From NCBI GenBank assembly GCA_002633005.1, contig NMRA01000071.1, positions 27,842 to 91,841 of the forward strand: a stretch of 64,000 nucleotides of DNA. Reading direction: 5' to 3'. Numbering within the stretch: position 1 is the stretch's first letter; every line of letters starts with the position of its first letter. This document shows positions 50,860-63,019 of this stretch, piece by piece. Position numbers and translations under genes: made by a program. The DNA comes from Phoronis australis. Lineage: Eukaryota; Animalia; Phoronida. Under the pieces are notes generated by a model. That model worked only from the letters and a program-made list of their open reading frames with translations. It was not told the origin of the DNA and searched no databases.

Positions 50860-51966
50860 ACTATAGCGGCCAATTTTAATAAAGATCATGCAGAGGGTTT
50901 GGGAGTTATAGCCACAGACGCAAAAAATGCCACACGGAGGGGCCACAGAAGTCCGAGTCGTCCGAAAATCAGTCATTAGCCGTCCTCTTCACAGTAGAAA
51001 CATAAACGCCAATTTTCAAAGTCACCATCCTAAGCGCTAAAGAGATATAGCCGTAGACGCAAAAATTGCCACAAGAGGTCGCCACAATAGTCGAGGCTGT
51101 CCAAAAATTAGTGTCAGCCAAGATCTTTTCGGCAGAAATGCATATGCAATTTTTATAGTGATCCTTTGATAAATTTGGCAGATACGAGGGCGGAAGTAAA
51201 AAACGTAATCAATTTCTTTTAAACTTGCCGCCAGGTGGCAGAGAAGACGCCAAATCCGTCTGAAAACACGAAGGCATCCTCATCTCCGTTAGAAACCTAT
51301 TTGCAAATCCATTAAGAAACTCCAATGATAGAGGCAAACGTAAAAAACTAGCCACTAGGGGGCGGAGCAGCAGTCGAATAGGTCCGAAACTCGTGGTTGT
51401 CTGTCCTCAACTTTATAGGAATACATATGTAAAATCTGAATACGATCTTTCAAACGGTTAAGAAGAATCAGTAGAATGCAGACGCAAACAAAAAAACAAA
51501 ATCTCCACTAGGGGACGATACAGTCAACGTCAGTCGTGGCCTTCTCATCAGCAACACATCTGTAACGTGTTCATAATGATCCTTTGAGCAGTATGGCAGA
51601 TAGAGAGGCGAAGCCAGAAAACGGACGCAAAAATGGCCACAAGGTGGCTTAAAATTCGTCATATCCATCCCAAAATACAATGGCATCATAGCCTCCATAC
51701 CATAAACCTTTTTGCCGAAATTCATGAAAATCCATCAAGGAACTCCGAAGATACAGAGGCAAACGTAAAAAATAAAATTTCCACTAGGAGGCACAGTGGT
51801 ATTCGGGTCGGTCAGCAACTCGTCGTCCTCTTTCGTCAGCCTCATCATAGGAACGCACCTGTCAAATTTCAATAAGATCCTGCAAAGGGTTTAGGACATG
51901 CTTCCGCGCACGCCGGACTGAGATGACGTCAACACGCACCCGCGTATAAATATGTGGGAGCACAAA
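50860..51966. repeat. Degenerate ~140-bp tandem array ending in a short hairpin; possible Helitron/Helentron-type non-autonomous element
   Basis: gacgcaaaaa..gccac-like motif about every 140 bp; terminal cccgcgtataaatatgtggg stem-loop. Confidence 0.5.
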
Positions 51967-52279
51967 GACGAAACAAATGCGTTCATATTTGGAGGCGTTT
52001 TTTCGGAGTAGTAGCCCAGCCCCAAACCATGGCGAGTCAGATTTACCCTCCGGTGTTTGTTCAGTGAGGAAGTCTTTCTACTTTATGCTACATATATTCC
52101 CGTTTCATATTCAACGGTTTCCAAGTTGTTCTCTTGTTCAGGAACACCGACAGAGTTCGTCGCAATTTTTGAATTGGACAGCCTTTTCCTAGTAGGAGCA
52201 ACTCACTCGGCTCTGCAACGTAAATTCAGAGAAGTACGTTTAATTTGTAGTTTTCACAATGTTGTGCCTTTTTTTGTAG

Positions 52280-52290
52280 ATTGGGCGTAA
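52280..52290 (+). CDS. Candidate terminal coding exon of the kringle gene (D-W-A-stop)
   Basis: strong acceptor gtgcctttttttgtag, phase 1, TAA at 52288-52290, AATAAA at 52349-52354. Confidence 0.45.
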
Positions 52291-54456
52291 ATCAGGCAAG
52301 AACTCGATGCTTCCACACACCGACAGTACTGTACAATGAACTAAGTCAAATAAAGCCACCTACAAGAATTGAAGAATTTCTTCTTCTCTAGTGCAAACTT
52401 GGCACTTATGCTTAAACATGTATTTACCATAATCTACCGTAAACAAGGTGCAATTATATTTATTGACAACTTGTAAATGAGTACTAGTGACGTACCTCAC
52501 GGGCTCACATAGCCCGTATCATGCAGTGTTATTCCTCTGCACCACGTCACAATACTTACTGCATGGAAATGTTTCAGTGATTTGCGGCGGATTATGTTGG
52601 CCACAAAACTCGTCCTTAAAAACATTTGGAAACTTCCAACCTACTTTATATTCACGTGTTGTGTTTCTACCTAAATTGGCCAAGCAATCAGAGATAAAGA
52701 ATTAGCCTGCAAGTTCCAGTTTAAGTGAGATTAAATTGGAGAACTAAACTTTCTGACCACAATATGGAGTCCCTTGTCATGAAGCAGACACCCTGTGACC
52801 AATTAATAAGGAACATGATTTAGCTTTGCAGTATTTGGAAAATTTGACGCTCTCAGCAGCGTCTTCGGTTTTTGCATTTTGCCCATTTGACTGGCTAAAA
52901 AACGAAAATCGAATTCGGCTCTGCTATTGTAATTATCGTTACGGCATGCCAAATTCTACTTTCATTACCAAGAATATAAAAACTGACAGGGACTACAACG
53001 CTTCAGATTTTATTGGGGTTGACCAACCCTAAAATTGTGGAATGTGATCACTCGAACTGATCACTCGCACAGGTCACTCGTGTCATGCCGGTTATGGCAT
53101 GTAATGTTGTAAAGAAAACACTTAATGACTGACTGACAAAGGCATACGATGTATATTATATGAACTTCCGGCAAGGGGTACATCAAAAGATGGATCGGGC
53201 AGTAAACCGTAAGTAGCTATAAAATGTGGAGCGATATCATCACAACTCGAACTGATCACTCCATCTGCATTGTCACTAAAATTTCCATGCAGTCTGAGTC
53301 CAGCCAGACTTTTGAGATTGAACTCTGACCCATGACCCATATGTCTAAAGCAGGTTTAATTAATCTGCTTTATGAAATATGATGGAAAAATAAGAAAACC
53401 CAGGATTACACCATTGTCGCAAGGTTTACAACCTATTCTTTGGGTTTTCATAGAAATCGCAGTTCTGTATTATTCCCACCTCATGTGGATAAGGTCTAAT
53501 GTTCCCCTACTTGTGGAGTTAAAGAGGACTGCGGCTAGAGTACAAGGCGCGTGCATGAATCAAAACAGATGTCCACTTGTACATTTTAATGACCTCTCAT
53601 GCAATGGAAATACAATTTGTCAATATAATGCATTTTGACTTAGTATAATTGTAAAATAGTTTCACATCTGATATCAGTGATATACAGTCATATCTTTGAC
53701 ATACAGTCACATCAAGTAGAGCTAACATAACATTACTACAATTGCACATAAACATCACAATGTAAAACACAGGCTGACAATGTGCATGATCCTGCCAGGT
53801 CATGTGACTTCTGACTGCATGCACCTCTAATGTCAGCCTATCCTACAGCACTCTATCTGTAAGTGATAGGCTTGGCACGTCACAACAGACACAACAGACA
53901 CGTATAGTAAAAAAACTTGTCTAACACCAGCCCGGCAGCAGCGCACGTGACTTGACAGTGCTGCAAACTGAACTACAGCCCAGAAGCATAAGGTATCAAA
54001 TCAGATATATATTTACATAAACAAAGAACTGTGAATGAGAACATGACCTCATCCCTGCCCTGTTATAGGCAGTGCAACACTGCAACCATATGCACTTATG
54101 AGGATTCAATAATTTATGAAAGAAAGACTAATAAAGACATGACCAACAGAAAAATACTGGAGTGTCCAACAACCATCTATATTTATTATCACCTAAGATT
54201 GGACCATTTATTGGTTAAACAACTAACAGCGATCTCCAAACAATGACGCTTCCTGAAAAAGCGCTACAGTAGAATGTCAGAAGACAAGGAAACAAGTAAG
54301 AATTGGTTTGTTCCAAGATTCATGTTATCTTCGCAAATATTTATGGCCCCAAATTACAGAAATCTGCCGCTTAGTAATGCCAGTTAGAACATGAAAATTC
54401 ACAACAGACAGCCCCTTTGATAAACATCGTTTACGGGTATCTACTGACCCCATGTC

Positions 54457-54648
54457 ACTATTACTAAAATCTCTTTGTCTATTTACACCGACCTCTTGTC
54501 TACTTAAACTGTCACGACGTTTCGGTCGGTCTATTCTCCGGCCTTCGCCATGGTGTGATTTTTTGTGGCCGAGGCAGGATTTCAACACACGACTTCTGAA
54601 ACTATAGATAATTCGAGTCCAGCACCTTAACCACTACACCAGGGAGTC
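54457..54648 (-). mobile_element. tRNA-headed SINE-like element with a hammerhead-like 3' tail
   Basis: minus strand: A box TGGTGTAGTGG and B box GTTGAAATCC (54565-54648), then ATGGCGA-AGGCCGG..CCGACC-GAAACGTC; tail shared with 54921-55020. Confidence 0.65.
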
Positions 54649-54920
54649 ATCCATTTACTTAGAGCAATTTTATTATTTACTTAAACCTTCCTAAGTAGAC
54701 TGAGCCAGGTGTCACTTAGTTGTTTCCTTGGCTGACTGAAGACATTGCGTTGTACTTTCATGTACATGGTTTCCTTGATCTTTCTCTTGTTTCACTGTCA
54801 ACTATTCGGATGTTATTCCACTGGATATTGTTGTTTCGACCACGTGTTCTGCTACTCCTGATGACGTATTACACCATGAGTGTAACACATATCCGTGCTC
54901 GTTCCTCTAAGAACGCGGGA

Positions 54921-54963
54921 ACACCTGACGATGGCCGGAGAACAAACCGACCGAAACGTCGTG
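54921..54963 (+). ncRNA. Minimal type-I hammerhead ribozyme motif (Penelope/retrozyme type)
   Basis: cac-CTGACGA-tggccgg..ccgacc-GAAAC-GTC-gtg: intact CUGANGA and GAAA boxes, stem II, very short stem III, 3-bp stem I. Confidence 0.65.
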
Positions 54964-56534
54964 ACAGTTTAAATAGACAAGACGTCGGTGTAAATAGACC
55001 AAGAGGTTTTAATAATAGTAACACGCCACCACCTCAGAACGGTTCTAGAAAGTCGTGACCCAATGTTGTTAGCAAATTAGGTTCCCATTCAACTATGCAG
55101 TCAACCAGACACTCAACCAGCCAGCGTTCAAAGGGAAAATCTTGCGAAATCACAAGAGCCAGCGAAATACGGCCATGTATTAGGCCTACAAGCTTCTTTA
55201 GCAAGATCACTGCATCTACGAAACTAACAGAGTTTCCGCAGGTAAAGGTTGCCTGTAGCTGCTGCACAGGGCTCAACACCATTTGATCAGAATCGATTGT
55301 CGAAAACACTGGATTGTCAGTAGACATCGAGTATGGACTATTATTACTATATATGTGAATCTATCCATTTCGGGATAAAAATTACAAGAACCTTTAGCTT
55401 CGCTGGACATAAATCACACCTTTCCGAAGGTATATTGATTTAGAAAATTTTAGGACAAATTTTGTGAGGTACATCGCTCGAAAAACCCGTCAGGGAGCAA
55501 GTTTCTCATGAATAATTTTTGGTCCTTTAGAAGACATCCACATGGCACAAATGAATATAATTTTATTAAGAAACATACGAGAAGTATCTTGGGTTAAATG
55601 TAAAGAGTCAATAATTGTAGACAGAATTATGGACCATGTTTTATCAAGTGATTGCAGTTTTTACATTTACGCATCAGAGAATGTCTACACTACAGCCTTT
55701 GATAAGTTACCATGGGGATCAATAACTATAGATACTAACACATGCACGTTGGTAACTGTATATCATTATACCAGCCAGCCTAGATTACCATAATGTATCC
55801 ATAATGTACATTGGTAACAGCGTACCATTATACCGGCCTAGATTACCATAATCGCCTGGCTCACCCCTCATACCCCACTTATTGTCCACCTACAAATTAT
55901 ACTTAAGTCAGAATTCCAGCTCCCAAAAGTATGCAGGCAGCTCATTTGTATTTGAGTAAAATTCTGTGAATTTCAGGTGAGCGAAATCTAGTACTCATGT
56001 TCTACATCTGTTGTACTACTCGTGCTCTATTCAATCCACCAACCAGTTTTTATTTGACTCTCACCAGTCGATGAGGATTAAGTCCATGCTGTTTCACTGA
56101 TTGGCCATTGGGAAAGCTCATGTTGGGCTTGACAACCTTCTGCAATTTTTTAGTTGCCAAATTTAAGCACCCTGAGAGGTAACCCAGACCAATGCATGGC
56201 CATATACACGATGCTATACTATAATGGCTAAATGAACACTGCAAGTTGTGGTTTTGCCTATTAAACATGAAAGTTCACCAAGAGCCATACAAAATTTTCC
56301 TTGGTTGAGAAAATGCGGTCTGTGCAGTTTCTCTGTGATGACCTATAATGAAGACCTACTCCAGCATCAAAGTAGAGAGAAAAGAAAGCAAGAATGCTTG
56401 AAAGTCTGCATCAATTGGACTAAGTAAGAGAGCTTGAATTAGGATGTGTGACTAATGATTTAACCTCCCTTCATGGGAAGCCTTTTAGGATGAGAGACTA
56501 ATTCCTTAGTCTAACATTCTCACAGTAAACTTAA

Positions 56535-58687
56535 AGGAGAATGCCACCTAAAAAAACAATCTAGTTTGTATCAATTTAGATGAGTAGTTCCACTCTACAA
56601 CAGCAAGTACAGTTCTTTTACCCGACACCTGACGGCAGACGGAGGAGTTGAAATTAACCAATGACTTCAGAGGTTCGAATGCAGTCTGTTCAGCAGTCCA
56701 CAACACGCTTACTGGTGTCAGCTTATCGTCTGAATTGATCCTTTTACACCAATAAATCATGAAAATTCGATGTAAAAACCTTACAAATACATGTATATCG
56801 AATTATTGAACAAACCTGTTATTTATTCTATTATGGATTTTTAGGTATTTGAACGTACCGTTGCCAACAAAGTTTGGTAGCATGCGCGCCCCCAGCCTTC
56901 GATATGGGGGGGGGGGGCTCGAATTCCGACGTTGTAGAACATTTGCTAACAAAAGAGCAGGCAGACTGAAAAAAACCCAGTAGCACCTCTGTGAATTGCT
57001 ACTGTGCTTATTTAGCGGACTTTTGTACCACTTTCTCGGACTTTTTGTCTCTTGGGGGCGGACCTTTTTGCCCACTTCGCCAATTGGGGAGCTCATTCGA
57101 GCCCCCGAGCCCTCCCTGGGTGCGCGCATGGGTAGGCCAATATACCAAGGTCGGTGGCGTGAGTTTGGGGTCTGTTCGGTGATAAATTCAAATTATTCGA
57201 AAGAAAAAAACAGACAGGAGAACATAGCTGTGTGTTGCAATTTTAGACTTGCCATTTTTTCTGTTCTAAACACACAATAGGCTTGCTATCCCGGCCAGTG
57301 TCTCGAACCCGATCAGGCCCATCGCCAACATAAACCAGCTAACCTTGGAAACTAAATTTTCAGTTATGAAAAGACTATACCAGTGAGCCAAAAAAATGTG
57401 CACAAGATTATTTTGGTGAATTAGCGGCAAAACTGCAAATCTACTTACTAGCTTGTGGGGGCCGCGAAGTCTAGTTACCTTTCCACAGAACCGCCAGGGC
57501 ACAAGTTGTACAGTAACAATGATTCGAATAATGTATATGAATATCTAAATAAAGATTCCCCTAACATCTGAGCAACAAACACTGAATTAGCATATGCTCA
57601 CATGGCCTCAGTGCTGGTTAATTAGTTTATAGCATCTAAAGCTGGTAATGCAGTGATTTATTCAGTGCTGGCTTCTCAAAATGTTCGCACTCAGAACACT
57701 TCAAGGCATTACAAATTGTATCTAATGAGACAGACTTTGTTTCAGTTTATATTAAGCATTGGTTAGAAAAATTCATTTTGAAACAGAACGTTATAATAAA
57801 CGTCAACGTGGCAACTGGCAATCCCTTTGAGAGTGCTCATCCCTCAAAGACTTCACAGATTGATCATTAGGTTTCACAGGCTATCAGTTCGAACCACAAT
57901 ACACTGATCAAGAAATAATAGAGAGGCTCCCTGAAGGTGCACAGAAAACATCATATGGATAGCTCCAAAAACCGTTTGAATGACTTGTCATGGTATCAGT
58001 GAGCTAACTGCACAATAATGCAAACAAGTGAGGCTTGCATTTGCTGCCACGAAATTCTTGGAGAAGCCCAGATGTGTCTCAAGGACCATCTTGGTTTTGC
58101 ACCGAATCTAAACAGAGGTGTGCTTACGTTTTTAGGGCCGCGAAAAAGAACTAGGGAAAACACCCTACATACAGAAGACCAAACAGAAGCCTAACGAATG
58201 AGTCAGTCATCAAACAGGTCATGCAAAATGTTATGTTCTCACAGCTTGCATTGTAATTGTTTATGTCTTCATTGCCAACTACGATTCTCCATAATCAAAA
58301 ACTGATCAACAACCCGGCGATCCGAAGAAATGCAGGCCACTGACAGACACGGAGAAGTTTCATGGCCTCATACTTGGTATTAACAGCATACTTTTCATTC
58401 TTCACTACTGTGAGCCACTTCCAAAGCATTATGGATTCTCGATGAAATAAAAAAAGATATACCTGCTTTCCTCGCAGCACCATAGTTTGCACAAGCGGGA
58501 ACGATACACCACGCCATAGCGACACTCACTGCAGAAGAACCACTGACATCGCTGCATCGTTTCTCACCTTCCTCACACGTTAATGCAACACCTCTCAGCA
58601 AGGTAAGGTCTACCATATACAAGGTGATGTGTATATAGATCGATTAAGATAGTGAAAAAGACTAAGTAAATGGGGTGGCATTCTCCT
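56535..58687. mobile_element. Kolobok-type element about 100 bp downstream of the unc-13 stop codon
   Basis: TTAA TSD (56531-34, 58688-91), TIR AGGAGAATGCCACC; frameshifted THAP on - (MAWCIVPACANY..WKWLTVVKN..LRVC). Confidence 0.85.
56881..57130. mobile_element. 250-bp MITE with CATGCGCGC TIRs and 5-bp TSD, nested in the Kolobok element
   Basis: catgcgcgccccc / gggtgcgcgcatg; ggtag on both flanks. Confidence 0.7.
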
Positions 58688-58789
58688 TTAACTATCTCAC
58701 AGGCCAACGTTTCATTGCTAGTGCCATAGGATAGCACTCCCTCAAAGACCTATCAGACTAATTTTATGATTTTATGGGTAGCGAGTGTC

Positions 58790-59078
58790 CTATGAGACGA
58801 CTTCCTCCGTGGACCGGCATTCAGACTTCAACTTGACAAATTCACGGGCCACTTCATCGTTAGACCTCTGTGAAAGAATCCTGAGTACTGTCCAGCCAGT
58901 ATCATCCAGGTGAACCCTCTTGCCCAGGGCACACCAACACGCGCATGAGCCTCTCTCAACTATATCTCGTAACTGCATGATGGCCACACCAATCAGGTGA
59001 TCTTCACGAGCAAAGCAATAGTCCTTGACACAGATGTGAAGCTCGTATGTCTGGGGTTCATCTTCATTACCCAGAATG
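58790..59078 (-). CDS. unc-13: unc-13/Munc13 last coding exon (C2C C-terminal half)
   Basis: [76 protein letters not shown]; acceptor ttttactgcag; TAG at 58790-58792. Confidence 0.97.
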
Positions 59079-59409
59079 CTGCAGTAAAAATGTTTCTTGT
59101 TGGAAGCATCAGCAATAACTGACATGCAGCTGCTGTTTCAGTCAGTGTTGGAGACTATTACTGTTACTTATTGACTTGAAATAATTAACAATAAATGACC
59201 AACTTTTATTGACAGTGACTTAGCAGTAAGGGAGAAGTTAAAAATGGAATGACGTGATACAAGACACGTTGAATTTGGGATCATGTGACTAATGTGAATG
59301 GCTTAAAATCAGCATCAATATAACGTATTTTCAAAAGCTTGAAAAGAGCACCTTAAGTAATTGAATTTACTGTTGGAATGAGCTGATACTAAGAATCAGA
59401 AGAACTTAC

Positions 59410-59569
59410 AATTGGAATGTTTCATTGAACTTGGGCGACCAGTTGTTACTCTTAGATTTGGTTGTGTGTCGCCTCTTCTTGTCACTCAAATGAGGACCAA
59501 TCATGTTGACTTCCACAAATGGTCGGAACATGCTGGAAGTGCGCCATTTGAGGTCATTAGCAGCCACAA
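59410..59569 (-). CDS. unc-13: unc-13 exon (C2C)
   Basis: [54 protein letters not shown]; AG/GT sites; phase 1-2. Confidence 0.97.
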
Positions 59570-59744
59570 CTGTAAAAAGAGCATAAACGTGAAAAGGCAA
59601 GGAAGACATCATATTGAAAAGCTCATAATAGCATGCGACTTTTAGAATACCCCATAACATGTGATGTTTGGAATAGCCTATAGTTACAGGCAACATAAAA
59701 AAGCCCATAGCAGCATGCAACTTTAAGAATAACGGAGTTGCATG

Positions 59745-60209
59745 CATTGAATATCATATTGTAGCATGCAAACTATGGAATACCATATTGTAGCATGCAA
59801 CCAATGGAATACCATATTGTAGCATGCAACCCACTTAATACCATATTGTAGCATGCAACCCACTTAATACCATATTGTAGCATGCAACCTATGGAATAGC
59901 CTATAGTCTCATGTAACATATCAAAATAGACTATAACAGCACATAACCTATAGACTAAGAATAAGCCATGATTGTAGCATGTAACACATAGAATAGCCTA
60001 CAGTTTTGTGGCATGTAACATAACAATATGGTAGCATGCAATCTATAGAAATGCCTATAGTAACAAGAACCCCTAGCCTATGGTAGGATGTAAGGTATGA
60101 AATAGCCTATGTTATCATGCAAACTATAGAACAGCCGTATGTTATCATGCAAACTATAGGAAAGCCGTATGTTATCATGCAAACTATAGGAAAGCCGTAT
60201 GTTATCATG
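59745..60209. repeat. Degenerate ~29-30-bp intronic minisatellites running into an N gap (60210-60357)
   Basis: taccatattgtagcatgcaa.. and gttatcatgcaaactataggaaagccgtat units. Confidence 0.85.
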
Positions 60210-60566
60210 NNNNNNNNNNNNNNNNNNNNNNNNNNNNNNNNNNNNNNNNNNNNNNNNNNNNNNNNNNNNNNNNNNNNNNNNNNNNNNNNNNNNNNNNNNN
60301 NNNNNNNNNNNNNNNNNNNNNNNNNNNNNNNNNNNNNNNNNNNNNNNNNNNNNNNNNGATTTTCCAACACAGCGACTTTGCACGTATGTCGTTACTCCTG
60401 TTTGAACACATGTAGGGAAGTCACTTACAGCTTTCTGTTAATCCCAGAGGTCAGGTGAATTTTCCTCACATTTAGTGTCTAAAGCCACACTCGGTTGTCT
60501 TACAAACCAGTAAAAACGATGACTGATAGGCATCGGTAATGAACAGGAATAATGGCAATAAGATAA

Positions 60567-61148
60567 GGGCTGTTCCAGCAAAATCTGTGTGGGAGGGGGG
60601 GGGAAGGCAAGTGAAATAAAAATTTATGGGTGGTTGCGTTTGACTTAAATTCAAAATGGCTGGTGGTCGTACTTCAAAAAAATTAAAATTTACAGGTCGT
60701 TGTTGTTTCATTGGGCCATAAATGTTTGATGGTGGGTAATTTTAGTAAATTTTATAAACAATCTGCACAGAATCAAAAACTGAAACAAAAATGCAACTTG
60801 CAAAGAGCTCTGACTTTTTCACTCCCTCCGATCTCCTCATCGGCATGCCCATAACACCATTTAACCACAGGTGCTCGAATTTCTCGATGGCTAATATAAA
60901 TAAGTATATATATAAGAAACATATGTTTTCTTAGTAATGAATGACGTTAGTGGTGATGGAGGAACAGATAAACTCAAGCGCCTGTGCAGTCAACCACAAG
61001 AACAAAAAAAAATTACGGGTGGTTGCATTTCAAACTTATAAAAAATTACGGGTGGTAGGCTGAAGAAATAAATGAAAAATATGGGTGGTGGGTGTGAAAA
61101 TAAGGTGCCTTCCCCCCCCCTCCCATACAGATTTTACTGGAACAGCCC
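60567..61148. mobile_element. Harbinger-like MITE in an unc-13 intron
   Basis: ~45-bp TIR gggctgttccagcaaaatctgtgtgggagggggggggaaggca and its reverse complement; flanks taa/tca. Confidence 0.8.
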
Positions 61149-62287
61149 TCAGTGAATAGTCCAGCCCCAGAATATATACAAAGACCACTCAACTGGTTTG
61201 ACAGAATCAGCCAATCAGCTGACTCAGAACAAAATTCGAAAAGTTGTTTTTCTAAACTGACAGAAAAGAAATTTCTAGTTGAAAACTATAACGCCCAACA
61301 GGGGGAGCCACACAACTGTTGCATTCTCACCATGCACCTCCGTTAGCTTTCACAAAATTCATTGAACTGTTTCACCTACCAATGACAGACAATAAATTTC
61401 TCGTTCCAAACTAGACAATAGCGAGTGTCACGCAAGTCAAACTGACTGGTGCCGGCGCATCCCCGCCTTATAATGCTGCAGTACCAAATGTCATTATGGT
61501 CTGTCAAGTAGTTCAACAAGTACGAAGAACAGGCTAAGGGAACGCCGGAAGGCGATCTTTATGGCGCATAATAAAAATGACAACAACGGTCACACTGTGG
61601 TTTTTGTGATATTGAACAGACAACTAGACAACAGCCACAGTGAATCACTAGGAGGTGCCGCAGTTGTCGAAATTGTCCAAAATTGAGTAGTGTTGGCGCA
61701 ACATGGTCACATAGCTCTGGTCAAATTACAGTGGAATCTGTCAATTGGTTTTCTATATATCACCAAGAAATGTTCTTCCTCACAAAAGTACTAAAACCAT
61801 ATAAAAACTAAATTGTTCCTAGGAGGCAAATTTTAAAAAGGACCAGCAAAAAGTTTGCGGGCCAGCTGCAGAAAACGGCCAAACGAACAGAGAAGCACAG
61901 ACACAATGTTGCATGGGACAGAACAATGGACAGTAAAGTTTCTGCTCCATAACTTGTTATAATCCTCACAGATCACAGTGCTTTGGCCGTACATGCTTAA
62001 AGATGTCCAAAAGAACTATGTACTGCTGGGTGTTGACTATGTATGATCTGCACAAGGACTTAGATAAGCTGTACTTTGTCAGTGTACAGTTTAGGACATG
62101 CAAAAGAACATGGATAGAGATGTACTTGGAAAATACAAGCCCAAAGACCTACAAAAAGTTGTACTTGGGCTATGTATCCCTAAGATCTACAAGTCTGTAC
62201 TTGTATTTGGGCTATTAGACTAGAAGACGAACCCATGTACAACACTGGTCACTCTACGTTTGACGACCATTTGATTGAACTACTCAC

Positions 62288-62383
62288 CTTTCACGGTGAC
62301 TTTGTGTTCACCAGTACCTGGGTGAGTGAAGATATCGACCTGAATGGACACTTCACCAACAGGCTCTTGCACACTGGGAAGTT
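62288..62383 (-). CDS. unc-13: unc-13 exon (start of C2C)
   Basis: [32 protein letters not shown]; acceptor ctctctttcag, donor G|gtgagt; 96 bp, phase 1-1; not in the ORF track. Confidence 0.95.
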
Positions 62384-62788
62384 CTGAAAGAGAGGACAGT
62401 CACATGTTAGTCACATGTTTTGTTGGAGTAGTTGTTGGAGAAGATGGAGTAACCAAGCTGAATGTTGAGAATTAAGCCAATCATAAATTCACTCACAGCT
62501 CAAAGACAGTTAATAAGGAAATGACTACAGCCAGTTAATGAGAAACTGTTAAAAAGAAACTGCAATTATCACATAATAAATCAGATATCAAATAAAATAC
62601 TATAATTGTTAGTTGATGTTTCCTGCATAAAGGTAACATTCAACACTGGTGTGTTTCACTAAACATTGATGAAGGAAATGATGAGAAGCTGAGCATTTAG
62701 TTGACAGACTGTCCGTTTACCTTGCTGTGACTGTGTACTGATGAATGTTTTGATCAGAGTGTCTGTAGTTGATAGACTGTTTGTTTAC

Positions 62789-63014
62789 CTTGCTGTGACT
62801 GTGTACTGATGAATGTTTTGATCAGTGTGTCTGTAGTCTGTGTGTAGAGTGAGAGTGCATAGCTCAGTGACTTCAACTCAGCACTCTTGTCAAGGAATGG
62901 TTTCTTGAGGCCATTGCCACCAGCATAGAAGTACTGTTTAATGTTGTCCAGGGCAATATCCAATACAGCACATTGTTTGGGACTCAGGTTCTTCTCTGCT
63001 TCCTTAGACATATC
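62789..63014 (-). CDS. unc-13: unc-13 exon (end of MUN/MHD2)
   Basis: [75 protein letters not shown]; phase 0-1. Confidence 0.96.
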
Positions 63015-63019
63015 CTGCA

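Noticed and set aside
54565-54648. Functional tRNA gene
   Set aside because: A and B boxes are present but the acceptor and anticodon stems pair poorly and the sequence runs into a repeat tail; better explained as a SINE head.
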